Source: Octopus vulgaris (taxonomy: Eukaryota). Taken from it: 64,000 nt of DNA. Position numbers and translations under genes: made by a program. This document shows, in pieces, positions 1 through 12,319 of the stretch. The stretch spans positions 182,156,001 through 182,220,000 of the forward strand of contig OX597814.1 in the NCBI GenBank assembly GCA_951406725.2, given 5' to 3'. Positions within the stretch are counted from its first letter, which is position 1; the number at the start of each line of letters is the position of its first letter. A model generated the notes under the pieces. The model was not told where the DNA came from, did no database searches, and was given only the letters and a program-made list of their open reading frames with translations.

Positions 1-134
1 GGAAAGGAATGTGGGGTGAGTCTTGGGGAGGAGAGAGGTTATTCAGCACCTGAATATATACACTTGATATAAACTGTTAATATTTAAAATATTTATGTAA
101 ATGGAGAAAAAGATGGAACATCTTAAAGTAGCAT

Positions 135-570
135 TAAATCTATCCAGTTGAGCAACTTGTTCAGACCAATGCAACTTTTTCACATCAGATGTTCTGAACT
201 TCCATAGTTTTCATATCCTCAACCTGATATCCAGTGTCTTCCACAAGTTGATCAATATATATGCTCTTCTCAGTCAGCTGATAACTGTATATCCATGTGT
301 GAGTTTCCAGAGGAGATAACTGGATATTTCATCCTTCCTTCTCCAGCAATGTCCTGCACAATGTTTTTTATTCTGATAGTCAAAGTGATGGCAAGAAGAC
401 TGCATTACAATTTCAGATTCGCAGGGTGTTGCCATGAAGAATTCTTGTAAATGTACAGTCAAGCTTCTTTTCAAGTCTTGTTCAGTGCCCATGCTGAAGG
501 GCAATAAAGATAAACTGACTTAACAACTGCTTTGAAGAAAGCCCTCTTCAGGTTGTCAAGAAGAGGTCTT
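135..570 (-). mobile_element. Degraded RTE-clade LINE, C-terminal ORF remnant
   Basis: Minus-strand frames give LDNLKRAFFKAVV..., HCAGHCWRRKDEISSYLLWKLTHG and YIDQLVEDTGYQVEDMKTM, typical of the region after the RT domain in RTE-like elements; multiple frameshifts. Confidence 0.65.
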
Positions 571-755
571 AAAAAAATCTTTTTTAAATGAAATTCAAAG
601 AGCTACTTTACATACAATAAATTCAAATGCTGTTTAGGTGTGGTTTGGTAAGGAATAACTCTTTTTGACATGTGCTATCTTTATTTTCTATGACATGAAT
701 TTCTAAGTTTGATCAAACTAATCTCCAGTGATATTTTCTCACCTAGATTTTCAGA

Positions 756-1712
756 AAGCTTCTACCACTACTGGTGACAAAAGGCCTCTTGCTCAGAGTG
801 AAAGGTAGATAGTATGATGCATGTGTGCGAACTGCCATGCTTCATGGCAGTGAAACATGGGTCGTGACTGCTGAAGACATGCATAGGCTCGAAAGAAATT
901 AAGCTAGCATGATTTGCTGGATGTGTAATGTCAGTGTGCACACACAACAGAGTGTAAACATCCTGAGAGAAATGTTAGACATAAGAAGCATCGGATGTGG
1001 CATGCAAGAGATACGTTTGCATTGGTGTAGTCATGTACTGCAGATGGACGAGGACAGCTGTGTGAAGAAGTGCCATTCCCAAATAGTGAAAGGAATCCAG
1101 GGTAGAGGGAGACCCAGGAAGACATGGGATGAGGTGGTGATGCATGACCTTCGAACGTTGGGCCTCACAGAGGCAATGACAAAAGACAGACCTCTGGAGG
1201 TATGCTGTGACTAAGGCCTGGCAAATAAAGAGAGTCCACAGCTGTAACCTACACCAAGTGTTGCATAACCAGCCCACTCAAAAGTACCTTGGATTGTAGG
1301 GCGACATGCTGTGCTTGAGGAGACCTATTAAGTACATCATTAACAACAGCAAAATCAAATCAAATCAAATCAAATGGAAATTGTAGTTGTGAGCCCGATT
1401 CCAGTAGCACATAAAAAGCATCATCCTAATGTGGCTGATGCCAGTGCCGCTTTGACTGACTTCCATGCTGGTGGCATGTAATAAGCACCATCCGATCATG
1501 GTCGATGCCAGCTCCTCTGGCCCTTGTGCTGGTGGCACGTAAAAAGCACCCACTACACTCATGGAGTGGTTGGAGTTAGGAAGGGCATCCAGCTGTAGAA
1601 ACACTGCCAGATCAGATTGGGGCGGCCTGGTGCAGCCTCCTGGCTTCCCAGATCCCAATCGAACTGTCCAAACCATACCAGCATGGAAAATGGATGTTAA
1701 ACAATGATGATG
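756..1712 (+). mobile_element. 5'-truncated RTE LINE with 3' UTR and (GAT)n tail
   Basis: ORF 909-1214 has RLHWCSHVLQMDEDSCVKKC and GRGRPRKTWDEVV. It is followed by GGTGGCACGTAAAAAGCACC units, the TAGGAAGGGCATCCAGCTGTAGAAA motif and a GAT tail. Confidence 0.9.
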
Positions 1713-2029
1713 TGGTCATTCCTATCCCATGTTCACATCAATATTCTTTCATCCAGTGTACTTTATTGTAGTCCCTACCTTGTTCATGCTTTTATTCTAA
1801 CAAGTAACTTGTCACTATTTAACTAAACATTAACCACATTAATTTAATAGCTATGCATATATTTGCCAAACTGGGTGGATTTAATAAAACTAATCTGAAA
1901 ACAGTGTCTATAAAAAGCCTTCTTAGCTAAATTAAATTCAGTTTGTTTAAGTTCACAACGCATATCCATTAGATGACTGCTCAGATCTCAATAGCATCAT
2001 GTATCATTTAGGCAAGGAGTGATCTTAGG

Positions 2030-2460
2030 GGTTTCCTCCAGAAACATTTCCCCTCCCTAGATGCTATCATCTATGGACAATTACCTCTCATAACTGCCAA
2101 TTTCTTTTTTAACCAAATATTGGGCTTCATTAAATCATTAGTTTCTCTAAATATTTTCCAATAATTCAGCACACTCGTCTATTTTCCACTCTTGTGTTTG
2201 GAGGTGTATATATAGTTCGTTGGACAGCCTTGAATGATCTTTTTAATTCACATGGTTATAACAGCTGAGCTGGGTTTTTTTTCTTTTTTTTTTTATTAAT
2301 TAGTAGTATTATCTTTTATTAGTTCAGAAATTGCTTACTGAAAAGCAAGTTTGTTGAATGCAGTCATTCTTCCATACTCTATGCAGACCATTTGAAAAAC
2401 TTCCAAATAGTTCTGGAGTAATGTCCAAGATTCTGAACCATATACAGAGGACTGATAAGT
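2030..2460 (-). mobile_element. Possible highly degraded MULE-like DNA transposon remnant
   Basis: GGACAATTACC-like terminal motif near 2075 and a minus-strand HYSRTIWKFF peptide resembling a MULE C-terminus; weak. Confidence 0.25.
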
Positions 2461-4509
2461 GCATATAATAATAAAGAGATGCCCTGCTGTGTATAACAGA
2501 ATTAAAGAAACCAAGGCTGAGGAATCAGTGGTAGGTTTTAAATGCAGTGACTAGTTACCATTCTACTTCCACCTAAAGGTGTCACCGAAAATTTTACACA
2601 GGCAAACACAAAAATATATTTTATATATATATATTACAATTATATATATTAAGAAAATTAAAGAATTTTACAGACACACGCAATATCTTACCCATACACA
2701 CTTTAAAACTTTAGTTTCAGAAGTAAAAATCCGTTAATATTAAATAAAACTTGTAAATGATATATTTATTAATCAACCAACTTATGAATTTTATCACACT
2801 CATACAATATTACATACATTCATTACACACATATATAACGTAAAATGTCAAATCGCATTTAAAATATTAAAAGCTAATAGATTTCACTTGCTTTTATATA
2901 TAATTTCTGGCTCATATAGTGAGATTTTAAATAATAGTTCAGCTTGAACCGACCATAGATGGAGGCAAAGAAGAAGGGATATTACTCTTTCTGAATCCGA
3001 AAATTACTTTTAAAATATATAACTACATGCGTGTGTGTTCTATACTTAGGCTAATTTAAACGTGTTTACATTTTTATCATTATTACAGACGTTGAAACAA
3101 TTAACACTGAAAAGATAAAAAATATTTAAATTAGGGAACAGAGAGCTATACTTTTATTCTTAATATTTAAAGTTTTTATAAATGTGAAAGACGCCGAGAT
3201 GGAATATTTTGCCAAGCGATAAGTTGAAGAAAACTAAAATGGAAACAGTAGAAATAAATTGATAAACCAAGTTTAATCCAAAGAATATAGTATTTTCTTA
3301 GTGATTTAAATTGCTATAATTAAAATTTCTGGTCATTTGAAACTGGTTGGATAAATGGTATTCTTTCAATGCATTTCCTCTTCCGACCGGCGTGAAAAAA
3401 AAAAAGAAGAAAAAAAACAGCCGTCCAAATTTCGAAGAATTTATATTAAAATGATTATTCAAATAGTTCATTCATACATTAGAAATATAAAAATTAACAA
3501 TTCCCGAATATTTTAAACATTTCTTGCCTTGGATTTTAAAAGTAAATTTAAACGAAGTCTTGCTTCTTTTCTTAAAAACGAAAAGGAAAAAAAAGGCTAA
3601 ATCGACTTTGGAAATGTCTTTTTATATCTATAATAACTGATATATGAATTATTTCCATATCAAATAGCTGTTCGGGGGGTTTCAGATCTATTTCTAAATA
3701 TTTAAGATGAAGTTATTACCTATACTTTCAAATTTGTTTAATACAAGCTTTCTTTTTAAATATTTTACACGTCAAGTTAGACTGCAAAGGTACCAAAACG
3801 TAACATCATCATGTTACAAAACTTTAAAATACATTGGAATTTATCTCGAATTTACCATGCCATCAAACTGAATTTGTAAGCAAATTCTACATAAAACGTG
3901 TTTATTTTTAGCTTTGAACTAAAGTGCTTAAAAAGTTTTTTAAATTTGCAAGCTTCTGATAAAATTGAATATCGCCCACAAATATCTAGGAAACTGAAAG
4001 AAGGGCTGAAGAAAACCTAAAAAACGAAAAGAATTGGTGAAAAACATTTTTTCCTTACAAAAAATGTTATCCAAATAGTTATAAAATATAACTGTTTATA
4101 TTCACAATAAAAGAATAAAAAGAAATAGTTCTATTTCGAATCTGAAGCGAGAGTTGCAGAAAGGAATTTTTAAAAAAAAAGCCAAATGATTTAATACTAA
4201 AAAACAAAAAAAACCTTTTAGATAATCATCTAAGTAAGGAACATTTAAATTAGATATTTAGCTATTTCATTCTTTTATTTTCTAGTTAGTAATTAATTTT
4301 TGTTTTGCAATTAATATAGCAGATATCGGGAAATATACGTATGGAAGGGCTAATAGAAACTTCGGACCAAAACAAACAGAGCAAAATGCAAAAAAAAAAA
4401 AAAAAAAGTAACCCATATGATCAGGGAAAGAGAAAAGCTGAAAGATAGAAATATTAGAAAAACAAGTATGCAACTTAAAATCTTTAAATTAATAAAGAAC
4501 ATTTCTTAC

Positions 4510-4611
4510 CTCTGCCAAACGGGTATATCCATGTCCAGAATACTGAGACTCAACTATTGAATGGAACAAAGATATTTTGTTAGTCCGTTTACAACGGAGT
4601 TGTATTGGCAT
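4510..4611 (-). CDS. Candidate first coding exon of an unidentified gene running leftward
   Basis: ATG at 4611, open for 34 codons (MPIQLRCKRTNKISLFHSIVESQYSGHGYTRLAE), ending at a strong donor GAG|GTAAGA. Lies in a repeat-poor, CpG-retaining region. No homology recognised. Confidence 0.3.
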
Positions 4612-5715
4612 GATTCGATGGACAGTAACTTTACTCTTCGGTTTCCGTTTTGGTGAAGACACTCAAAAGTATCAACTAATTATAGTAAATGCTACATAAA
4701 CACTTTAATGTTTGGTCGATACCTTAGCAAATTAGAAACTTGTACAGGTGCTTTCATTACATATTTCACTGAGGCCGCTTAAATACACTCTAAATTAAAT
4801 GAAAAATAACAACAAATGACAAGAACAACAACAAAATCTCACATGTGATATTTACACGGAACAGAAAGAAGTTATATATTGAGTAAAGAGAGAGTGGATG
4901 AAGAGAGAGATAACTGCAGGAGCACCCCTTCCTTTTCAATATTTATTCTCTTCCATCAGCAGTAATTTATTGAAAATTACCGAATGAAATTAATTTTCTT
5001 TCATGGTGAAATTCCAACCCAAAAGACATTCCCGGAACAATTTTTATTTTCATCACTAAACAATGTTTATTTTCTTGTCAAGCAAGAAAATGCCATGCGC
5101 CAATATTTACTCATAAGACTCATTAGCCGAGTTTAAATTGTGGAAACATATCTCACAGAAAATTGATATGCATAATTAAATGGGGGTTTTTTCCTGATTA
5201 CATCGCCCTGGTTATTAAATAAAATAAAATACAAAATATTAAACCGACAAAAATTGTCATTGTTTATTTTAAGTAGCATAAGCGACTTTTACAGTTTATC
5301 GATTTTCGTATGGCGTCTAACAATATTTTCCCCAAAACAACGCCACATTTGGAAGCGCTTGATATAACCAAATTTTCGATTATTTTGCAATTTAGCGACA
5401 AATCTCATTAGTATTCATAATTAAAGAGAAATTTTTTATAGTAGTTCTTATTTATAATCTCTCTTCCATTTTCATTGTGTGTGTGTATACATATAGGTTT
5501 CGTGATGCAAACAGGAAAAATAGAGCTCAAAACATGAGAGTATATATATTTACTAGTATTTAACAGAAGCATCAGAGTGACTCAAGGGCCGAGAGCTTCG
5601 TTCATTAGCACTAGTTTGATAAGTGCTAACGCACGAAACTTTCGGTTCTTGTGTTTCTCTGTTGGTTTTGCTAAGTGTGTGTGTTATATTTATGTTTATA
5701 TATGCACGTGTGTGT

Positions 5716-6159
<444 letters not shown>

Positions 6160-6164
6160 TCAAT

Positions 6165-6352
6165 TCTTTTATTTGTTTCAGTCATTTGACTGCGGCTGTG
6201 CTGGAGCACCGCCTTTTAGTCGAGCAGATCGACCCCAGGACTTATTCTTTGTAAGCCTAGTACTTATTCTATCGGTCACTTTTGCCGAACCGCTAGGCTA
6301 CGGGACATAAACATACCAGCATCGGTTGTCAAGCGATGGTGGGGGACAAACA
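6165..6352 (-). mobile_element. 3' half of the abundant tRNA-derived SINE (family S1)
   Basis: Reverse complement of ...GTGCTCCAGCA..GCCGCAGTCAAATGACTGAAACAA; many other copies in the window. Confidence 0.85.
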
Positions 6353-6582
6353 CATGCATAGGTCAGGTCGTTCTTCAGTGCTACTGGTACCATGTAGTTC
6401 AGTACAACCTGTTCCATGGTCGGGTGATCGGCGACTAAACTGGCAACACTACCAGGCTTGCTTGGTGAGGTGGGTGCTTGTTGAACACCCTGCGGGACAA
6501 AAAATATGACCCGTCGAAGGGCGGAGGAACTACAAAGTAGTCAAGAGTCATTCAACTACGTGTGTTTGTGTGTGTGTGTATT

Positions 6583-6810
6583 GGCACAGGAGTGGCTGTG
6601 TGGTAAGTAGCTTGCTTACCAACCACATATATATATGTGTGTGTATGCGTGTATGTTTGTGTGTCTGTGTTTGTCCCCCTAGCATTGCATGACGGAGCCG
6701 ATAGAATAAGTACTGGGCTTACACAGAATAAGCCCCGGGGTCGAGTTGCTCGACTAAAGGCAGTGCTCCAGCATGGCCGCAGTCAAATGACTGAAACAAG
6801 TAAAAGAGTA
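6583..6810 (+). mobile_element. SINE S1, internally deleted copy
   Basis: Head GGCACAGGAGTGGCTGTGTGGTAAG and tail GCAGTCAAATGACTGAAACAAGTAAAAGAG. Confidence 0.85.
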
Positions 6811-7419
6811 TATATTGCATTTTAAGATCTCTCTGTGTGTGTATGGTAAATACTGTATTTCAGCATGTGTTTTTAAATTTTCTCAGTTTTTATCCCAAGT
6901 TTTAATTTCTATTTATTTCTCTTATTTAAAATTTTTTTTAATAGGTGAGGGGTGGATAGAGTTCCTCTGCTTTCTCCAAGCCATGGCAAAGGCAGTCTAT
7001 CTAGGAGAAAGCAACTTTCAATTTAAATACTTCACTGCTGTCTTGTAGTTAGTCTTTGGTTGGGCAAAGACTGGAAGAATGACACTTTGATATAAAACCT
7101 GCAACTGCAAATGCACCCAATGATATCAACTTGCGCTTCTTTTTGGATCATGCTTTGTAGTTTAGGGAGTGAGAATGGTTGCTGTGCAAAACTTTTCCTC
7201 ACTTCAAAAAGTGTCAAGCACAGGTATTGCTGGAGAGGAAGAAGAAATGGACATCTTCTATGTACATGGCTGGCCGAAGTTTAAAAAGGCACATCTAAAC
7301 AAAGTTTATGTGGCACAAGCACCTAAAAAAGGACAAGTTGCATGTACAGATGACAGTGATTTTACTTAGCTTGGTGCATTTTCTCAAGTACAGCAAATCA
7401 CTACAACATCTAATCCCTT

Positions 7420-7655
7420 GTCCTTTCCTCAGTGAGTCCCAGCATTTGAAGATCCTTTCTCACCACTTTGTATCATGTATTCCTGGATCTACCCCTTCTA
7501 CAGGCTCCCTCCACAATTAGAGCTCGGCATTTCTTTATGCAGCTGTCCTCATCCATACACATCACATGACCAAACCAGTGTAGTTTTCTTTCTTGCACAC
7601 ATCTGATGCCTCTTATACTTTGTTTTCCTCTTATGTCTTTTACACTCTGTCATGT
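7420..7655 (-). mobile_element. RTE LINE fragment
   Basis: Reverse-complement similarity to the 950-1180 RTE segment (WFGHVM..., GRGR.R.TW motif region). Confidence 0.75.
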
Positions 7656-7954
7656 GTAATATACATACATACATATGAACAAACAAATATGTCTATGCAT
7701 ATGCATATACTACAGGCAATATGAAAATTCAAACTGTTCTAGTTTAAATACATGAAGTATATAATGAAGTACAAGGCATATATAATGCATATAAGCATTA
7801 TATATGCCTTGTACTTCATGATATAACCCTGTGTTTTTCTTTTTTTTTTCCAGATATTTATAGTTAAATGCCCAGAGGACTATGATGAATAAGAATGGGT
7901 TGAGGACTGAACCTTGGTGAACAGCTTACTTCTACTGGAGATGATGATGATGAT

Positions 7955-9233
7955 GTGTAACCTGTCTGATTTCCAAAGAGGACAAATTGTTGGTGTGTAA
8001 ATAGGTGGAGTTCAGTCATTAAAACTGCTGAATTGTTTAATGTTTTGGGAAGTACAGTTTCTAAAACCATGTTAGCATTTTAAAACCAACTCTTGGCAAT
8101 TATATTTCTGGATGGAAGGCAAAGCTCACAAAGAGGGACTGCAAAATAGTCAAACATTTTGTGTCTAAAGTTCATTGAACTATGGCAGCAAAAGTAACAG
8201 CAGAGCTAAACCACCACCTTGTTAAATTGTTTGTTGTAAGCTGCATAAATCTGGATACCAAAGGAGGTCTCCAACATTGATAAGCAGAAAAAATTGGTAT
8301 CTAGACTACTATAAGAGGTGGTTAATAACTCAATCGTTCAATGTTGTATTCTCTGACGAATCTGCATAAAATCAGACACACTCTCTCTTCAAAAGGTATG
8401 CTTTTATTTCAATTTGAGGTGAGTTTAGTCTCAGAGGTAACTCAAAGAAGCCTTCAATCCTAACTGTTTGACCCCAATTATGAAGGATAGGGAGATGGTC
8501 TATATGATTTGGGAAGCCATATCACAGAATTTTCTTGGCCCTTTAATTGTTCTACATAGCAGAGTCGGAGTTGGAGTCGGAGACCCCCTTTGGTCACGAA
8601 TGACCATGGGATTGCACCTAGAAAGTTATCCTCCAAGGCACAAGTCCAGGCAAGGTTGTTTATGGAAGACCAGCAGTTGCCCATGCATACCAGCCTCCCC
8701 TCTCTATGCCACCGATGTTATCCAAGGGGAAGGCAAAAGGCTGATACAGCTGAGTCAACTGGAGCAACGTGAAATAAAGTGTCTTGCTCAAGAACACAAC
8801 ATGCAGCCCGGCCTGGGATTCAAACTCACAACCTCACGGTTGTAAGTTCGACGTTCTAACCACTGAGCCATGCGCCTTCATTCTAAGGATTATCTGAGTA
8901 TTTTGGCAGATCATCTCCATCCTATGATACAAACATGGTTTCTTGATGGTAGCACAACCTTCCAGGATGGCTAATGTTATCAAAAATTGATACAAAGAGA
9001 ACAAAAGTGAAATAGAGCATTTCGATTGGTCCCCACAATCACTGGATTTCAATATAATCAAACATTTATAATGCATTTTGGAGCAACAAATAAGATGGCA
9101 CTTCACTCTGACATTATTACTGTAAAAGTTAAAACATCTTTTATTTGAAGAACAACTTAACATTTACCTTTCAATTGTTCAGAACCTACACAAGTCAATT
9201 CCATGACATATTAAAGCTGTGACTGATGCCAAA
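7955..9233 (+). mobile_element. Degraded Tc1-like transposase, interrupted by a SINE
   Basis: Peptides NLSDFQRGQIVG, SVIKTAELFNV, VVFSDES, KEAFNPNCLTP, MIWEAIS, FQD, WSPQSLDFNIIKHL and QNL.KSIP..IKAVTDAK occur in collinear order. Confidence 0.85.
8562..8880 (-). mobile_element. tRNA-derived SINE with Meta/CORE-like central domain, nested in the Tc1 remnant
   Basis: Minus strand: A box TGGCTCAGTGG, B box-like GAGTTTGAATC, then TGTGTTCTTGAGCAAGACACTTTATTTCAC. Confidence 0.8.
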
Positions 9234-9366
9234 ACATACATACATACATATATTATTACCTAATACACATACACACATGTATATATACATACATATTAAT
9301 AACTATATGTACTTAAATATATATATATCATCATCATCATCATCATCATATATATATATATATATA

Positions 9367-9639
9367 GGCGCAGGCATGGCTGTGTGATATGAAGCCTGCT
9401 TCCCAACCACATGGTCCTGGTTTCAGTTCCGCTATGTGGCACCTTGGGCAAGTCTTCTATTATAACCTTGGAGTGACCAAAGCCTTGTGAGTGGATTTGG
9501 TAGACGGAAACTGAAAGAAACCCATCTTATATATATATATATATATTTAGTAAATAAATAAATAAGTTAACATAATATAATGTCTAAAAGTTGATGAATC
9601 ACCTATTGATCCCTCCATTTTCTTATTGCTCTCTCTCTT

Positions 9640-9730
<91 letters not shown>

Positions 9731-9937
9731 ATATGTTTGTGTGTCTGTGTTTGACCCCCACCATCGCTTGACAACTGATGTTGGTGTTTGCTGCAATTCA
9801 GCAGTTCTGCAAGTGATCCCAATAGAATAAGTACTAGGCTTACAAAGAATAAGTCCTGGGGTCAATTTGTTTGACTAAAAGCGGTGCTCCAGCATGGCTG
9901 CAGTCAAATGACTGAAACCAATAAAAGAATAAAAGAA
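9367..9937 (+). mobile_element. SINE S1, full length with expanded internal microsatellite
   Basis: Head at 9367, internal (CT)n/(TA)n, tail CAGTCAAATGACTGAAACC. Confidence 0.85.
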
Positions 9938-9946
9938 CATGTATTA

Positions 9947-12130
9947 CACTAAGTGACAAAATTTTTGCTACTATTAGATGAAATGGTGCTCAAAGGTAAT
10001 TTGGGAGCATTGATTTTGAATCTGCAATCATTTTTGCTCTACCATGTTATGTTTTTTGTGCTATCATTATTATACTGCTATAAAAATTACAATAATGTGT
10101 AAATTCCTGACAAATAAAATGAATGTTATGTTAAGAGTAAATTACTGTTATTTGGTATAAGAATAATAGCAACTTGGTGGACAAATAGCTCTAAAACCAA
10201 TAAAACAAAACAAGAGTGTAAAGTGAATATTATTAATTTTATGTTTTTCAAAAATAGCTTTGGCGTCTTCTTTTTCGCTTATGTTGCATGTCTGTTTCTT
10301 GTTTTAAAAACCAGCAGTAGTCTGTCAGCATGTTTGGTGTAAGTCTGCCACTGGAGCGGCTTTCTGGTTCTTTGATTTTTTGATGAAATCGTTCACCTGC
10401 TCATCACTTACATCACCCATATTGGGTAGAAGAAAGTCAAGATGTGAGTGAAGGAAATGAATTTTTAGAGACATTCTTGCCCCAAGTTGCTTATAAGCTT
10501 TCAAAAAATCATTCACAATTGCAACGTAGTTAGATGATTTTTCATTTCCCAAAAAATTTTTTACAAGAGAAACAAACTTTTCCCAAGCAGTTTTCTCTAC
10601 TGGGCTTAATTTTTCTTGAAAAAGCTCATCACAAATTAGTGTGCAAATTTCTGGTCCATTAAAAACACCAGCTTTGATCTTAGCTTCACTCTTGATAGAA
10701 ACACATTTTTCACTGAGATATTTGAATCCTTCACCGTCTTCATTCATGGCCTTAACAAAATTTTGAAATAGCCAAGTTTAATGTGTAAGTGGGGAAGGTA
10801 AATTTTCTGAGGGTCAACTAAAGTGATATATTTAATGTTGTATCTCCCTGGAGTGAAATCACTTCTCTTTTTGATCATAATCATGCTTGTCATCTCTGCT
10901 GTTCCAAAGGCACAAAAAGCACCGATGCTCTGCATATCCTATTTGCAACCAAAGAAGCAAACCAATAACTTTCAAGTCCCCGCATATATTACACTTGTGC
11001 TTGGAATATTTAATCAAGTGCAAAATTTTATCCATTGATTCATAAGTTTCTTTTAATCCTACAGCATGTTCTAGTAGTATTGAAGGTTTTTGATTGCCAT
11101 TATGCAGCAAAACAGCTTTGCTTTGCTGGAATCTATGAAGAGTCTACATTTTTCAGGATTATGGCCATATCCCATCGCATGTAGGAGTCCTTCAACATCA
11201 CAACTAAAACAAATACCATCTTTCTCCATGAAAAATTCATACAATTCTGTATGCCATTTTCGAAAATACAAGCATTTTACACCATCGTGTAAAAGATTCC
11301 ACTGTTTCAACCTGGGGCCCAGTAGTTCTGACATTTCTTTTGTCAAAACCCAAGTCTCTAACTAAATCATTTAACTCAAGTTGACTTAATAAATGATAAA
11401 CTTTGTTTTTGAAGACCCTGGTTCATCACAGTGATCTGCTGTATCACTTGGCACGCCTTCAATTGAAGTAGATGCAGTCCTTTCTTCACTCAAACCATCT
11501 TTGTCAAAAGATAAAGGAGGTTCTGGAATTGGAATATTTTCAGCAGCATGAGAAATTGTTTTTAAAGCTGAGAGGCAATCTGGATAAACAAATCTTGGGT
11601 TTGTTCTTCTTAGAGAAACCTGTGTTGTTAGTTAAGCAGAAATAACAAATCAGTATAGTAGTTTGTTGGTTTGCAACATATCATTGGTACTGCAAACGGC
11701 ATACTTTTCCATTTACCATTCAGCCATTGGGTTAGTGCTATGTAGCAGTTTTTGCAACAAACATGAGGCACCCACAGTTTATCTTGGTCCCCAACTTTGC
11801 ATCCAAAATAAAGCTTGTAAGAATTTTAAAATTTCTTTGTAAGTTTATTTCTCTGATCTTTTGAGCATAAATTTTCCACACATGTAACAAAAACTGTCTG
11901 GGTGATTAACACAAACTTTTCTGCTCATCATAAATATGTACAGTAATAACCTAATTCAGCACTCAAGGAAGCCTATCCGTAAACTAAAATATAAAATTAA
12001 TCAACTGTAAATGTTTCTGTAAAACATTAAAATATATTTCTCAAAAGACAAAAAAATCATTGAAATTATTATAGAATGTACTGAAGCTATCACGAAACAA
12101 ATTTTTTCCATCTCTAAATTTCAAACATTG
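9947..12130 (-). mobile_element. Chapaev3-like (CMC) DNA transposon with frameshifted transposase pseudogene (about 11931 to 10250)
   Basis: Motifs CVNHPDSFCY, YFGCKVGDQDKLWVPHVCCKNC, RLFIDSS, ICGDLKV, CFLCLWNSR, LHIKLG, KIKAGVFNGPEI and MSLKIHFLHSHLDF..NMGDVSDEQ. The terminus TTA|CACTAAGTGACAAAA fits CAC ends with a TWA target. Confidence 0.8.
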
Positions 12131-12319
12131 TTAATGTTGAGGGATTGCTACATGTCCACTACATGGTCAATGTTAAGGAGGAATAATGGAAAGGGCAGAG
12201 GAGTAGGGAAGAGTAATATCAGTAGTCAGTGTGTGTAGTGGGGAAACAAAGTGGTTAATATGATGACTGGGTCAAGTAGGTGGACTCTGATGATGTAGTG
12301 CTAAGAAAGGTGTGTAAGA

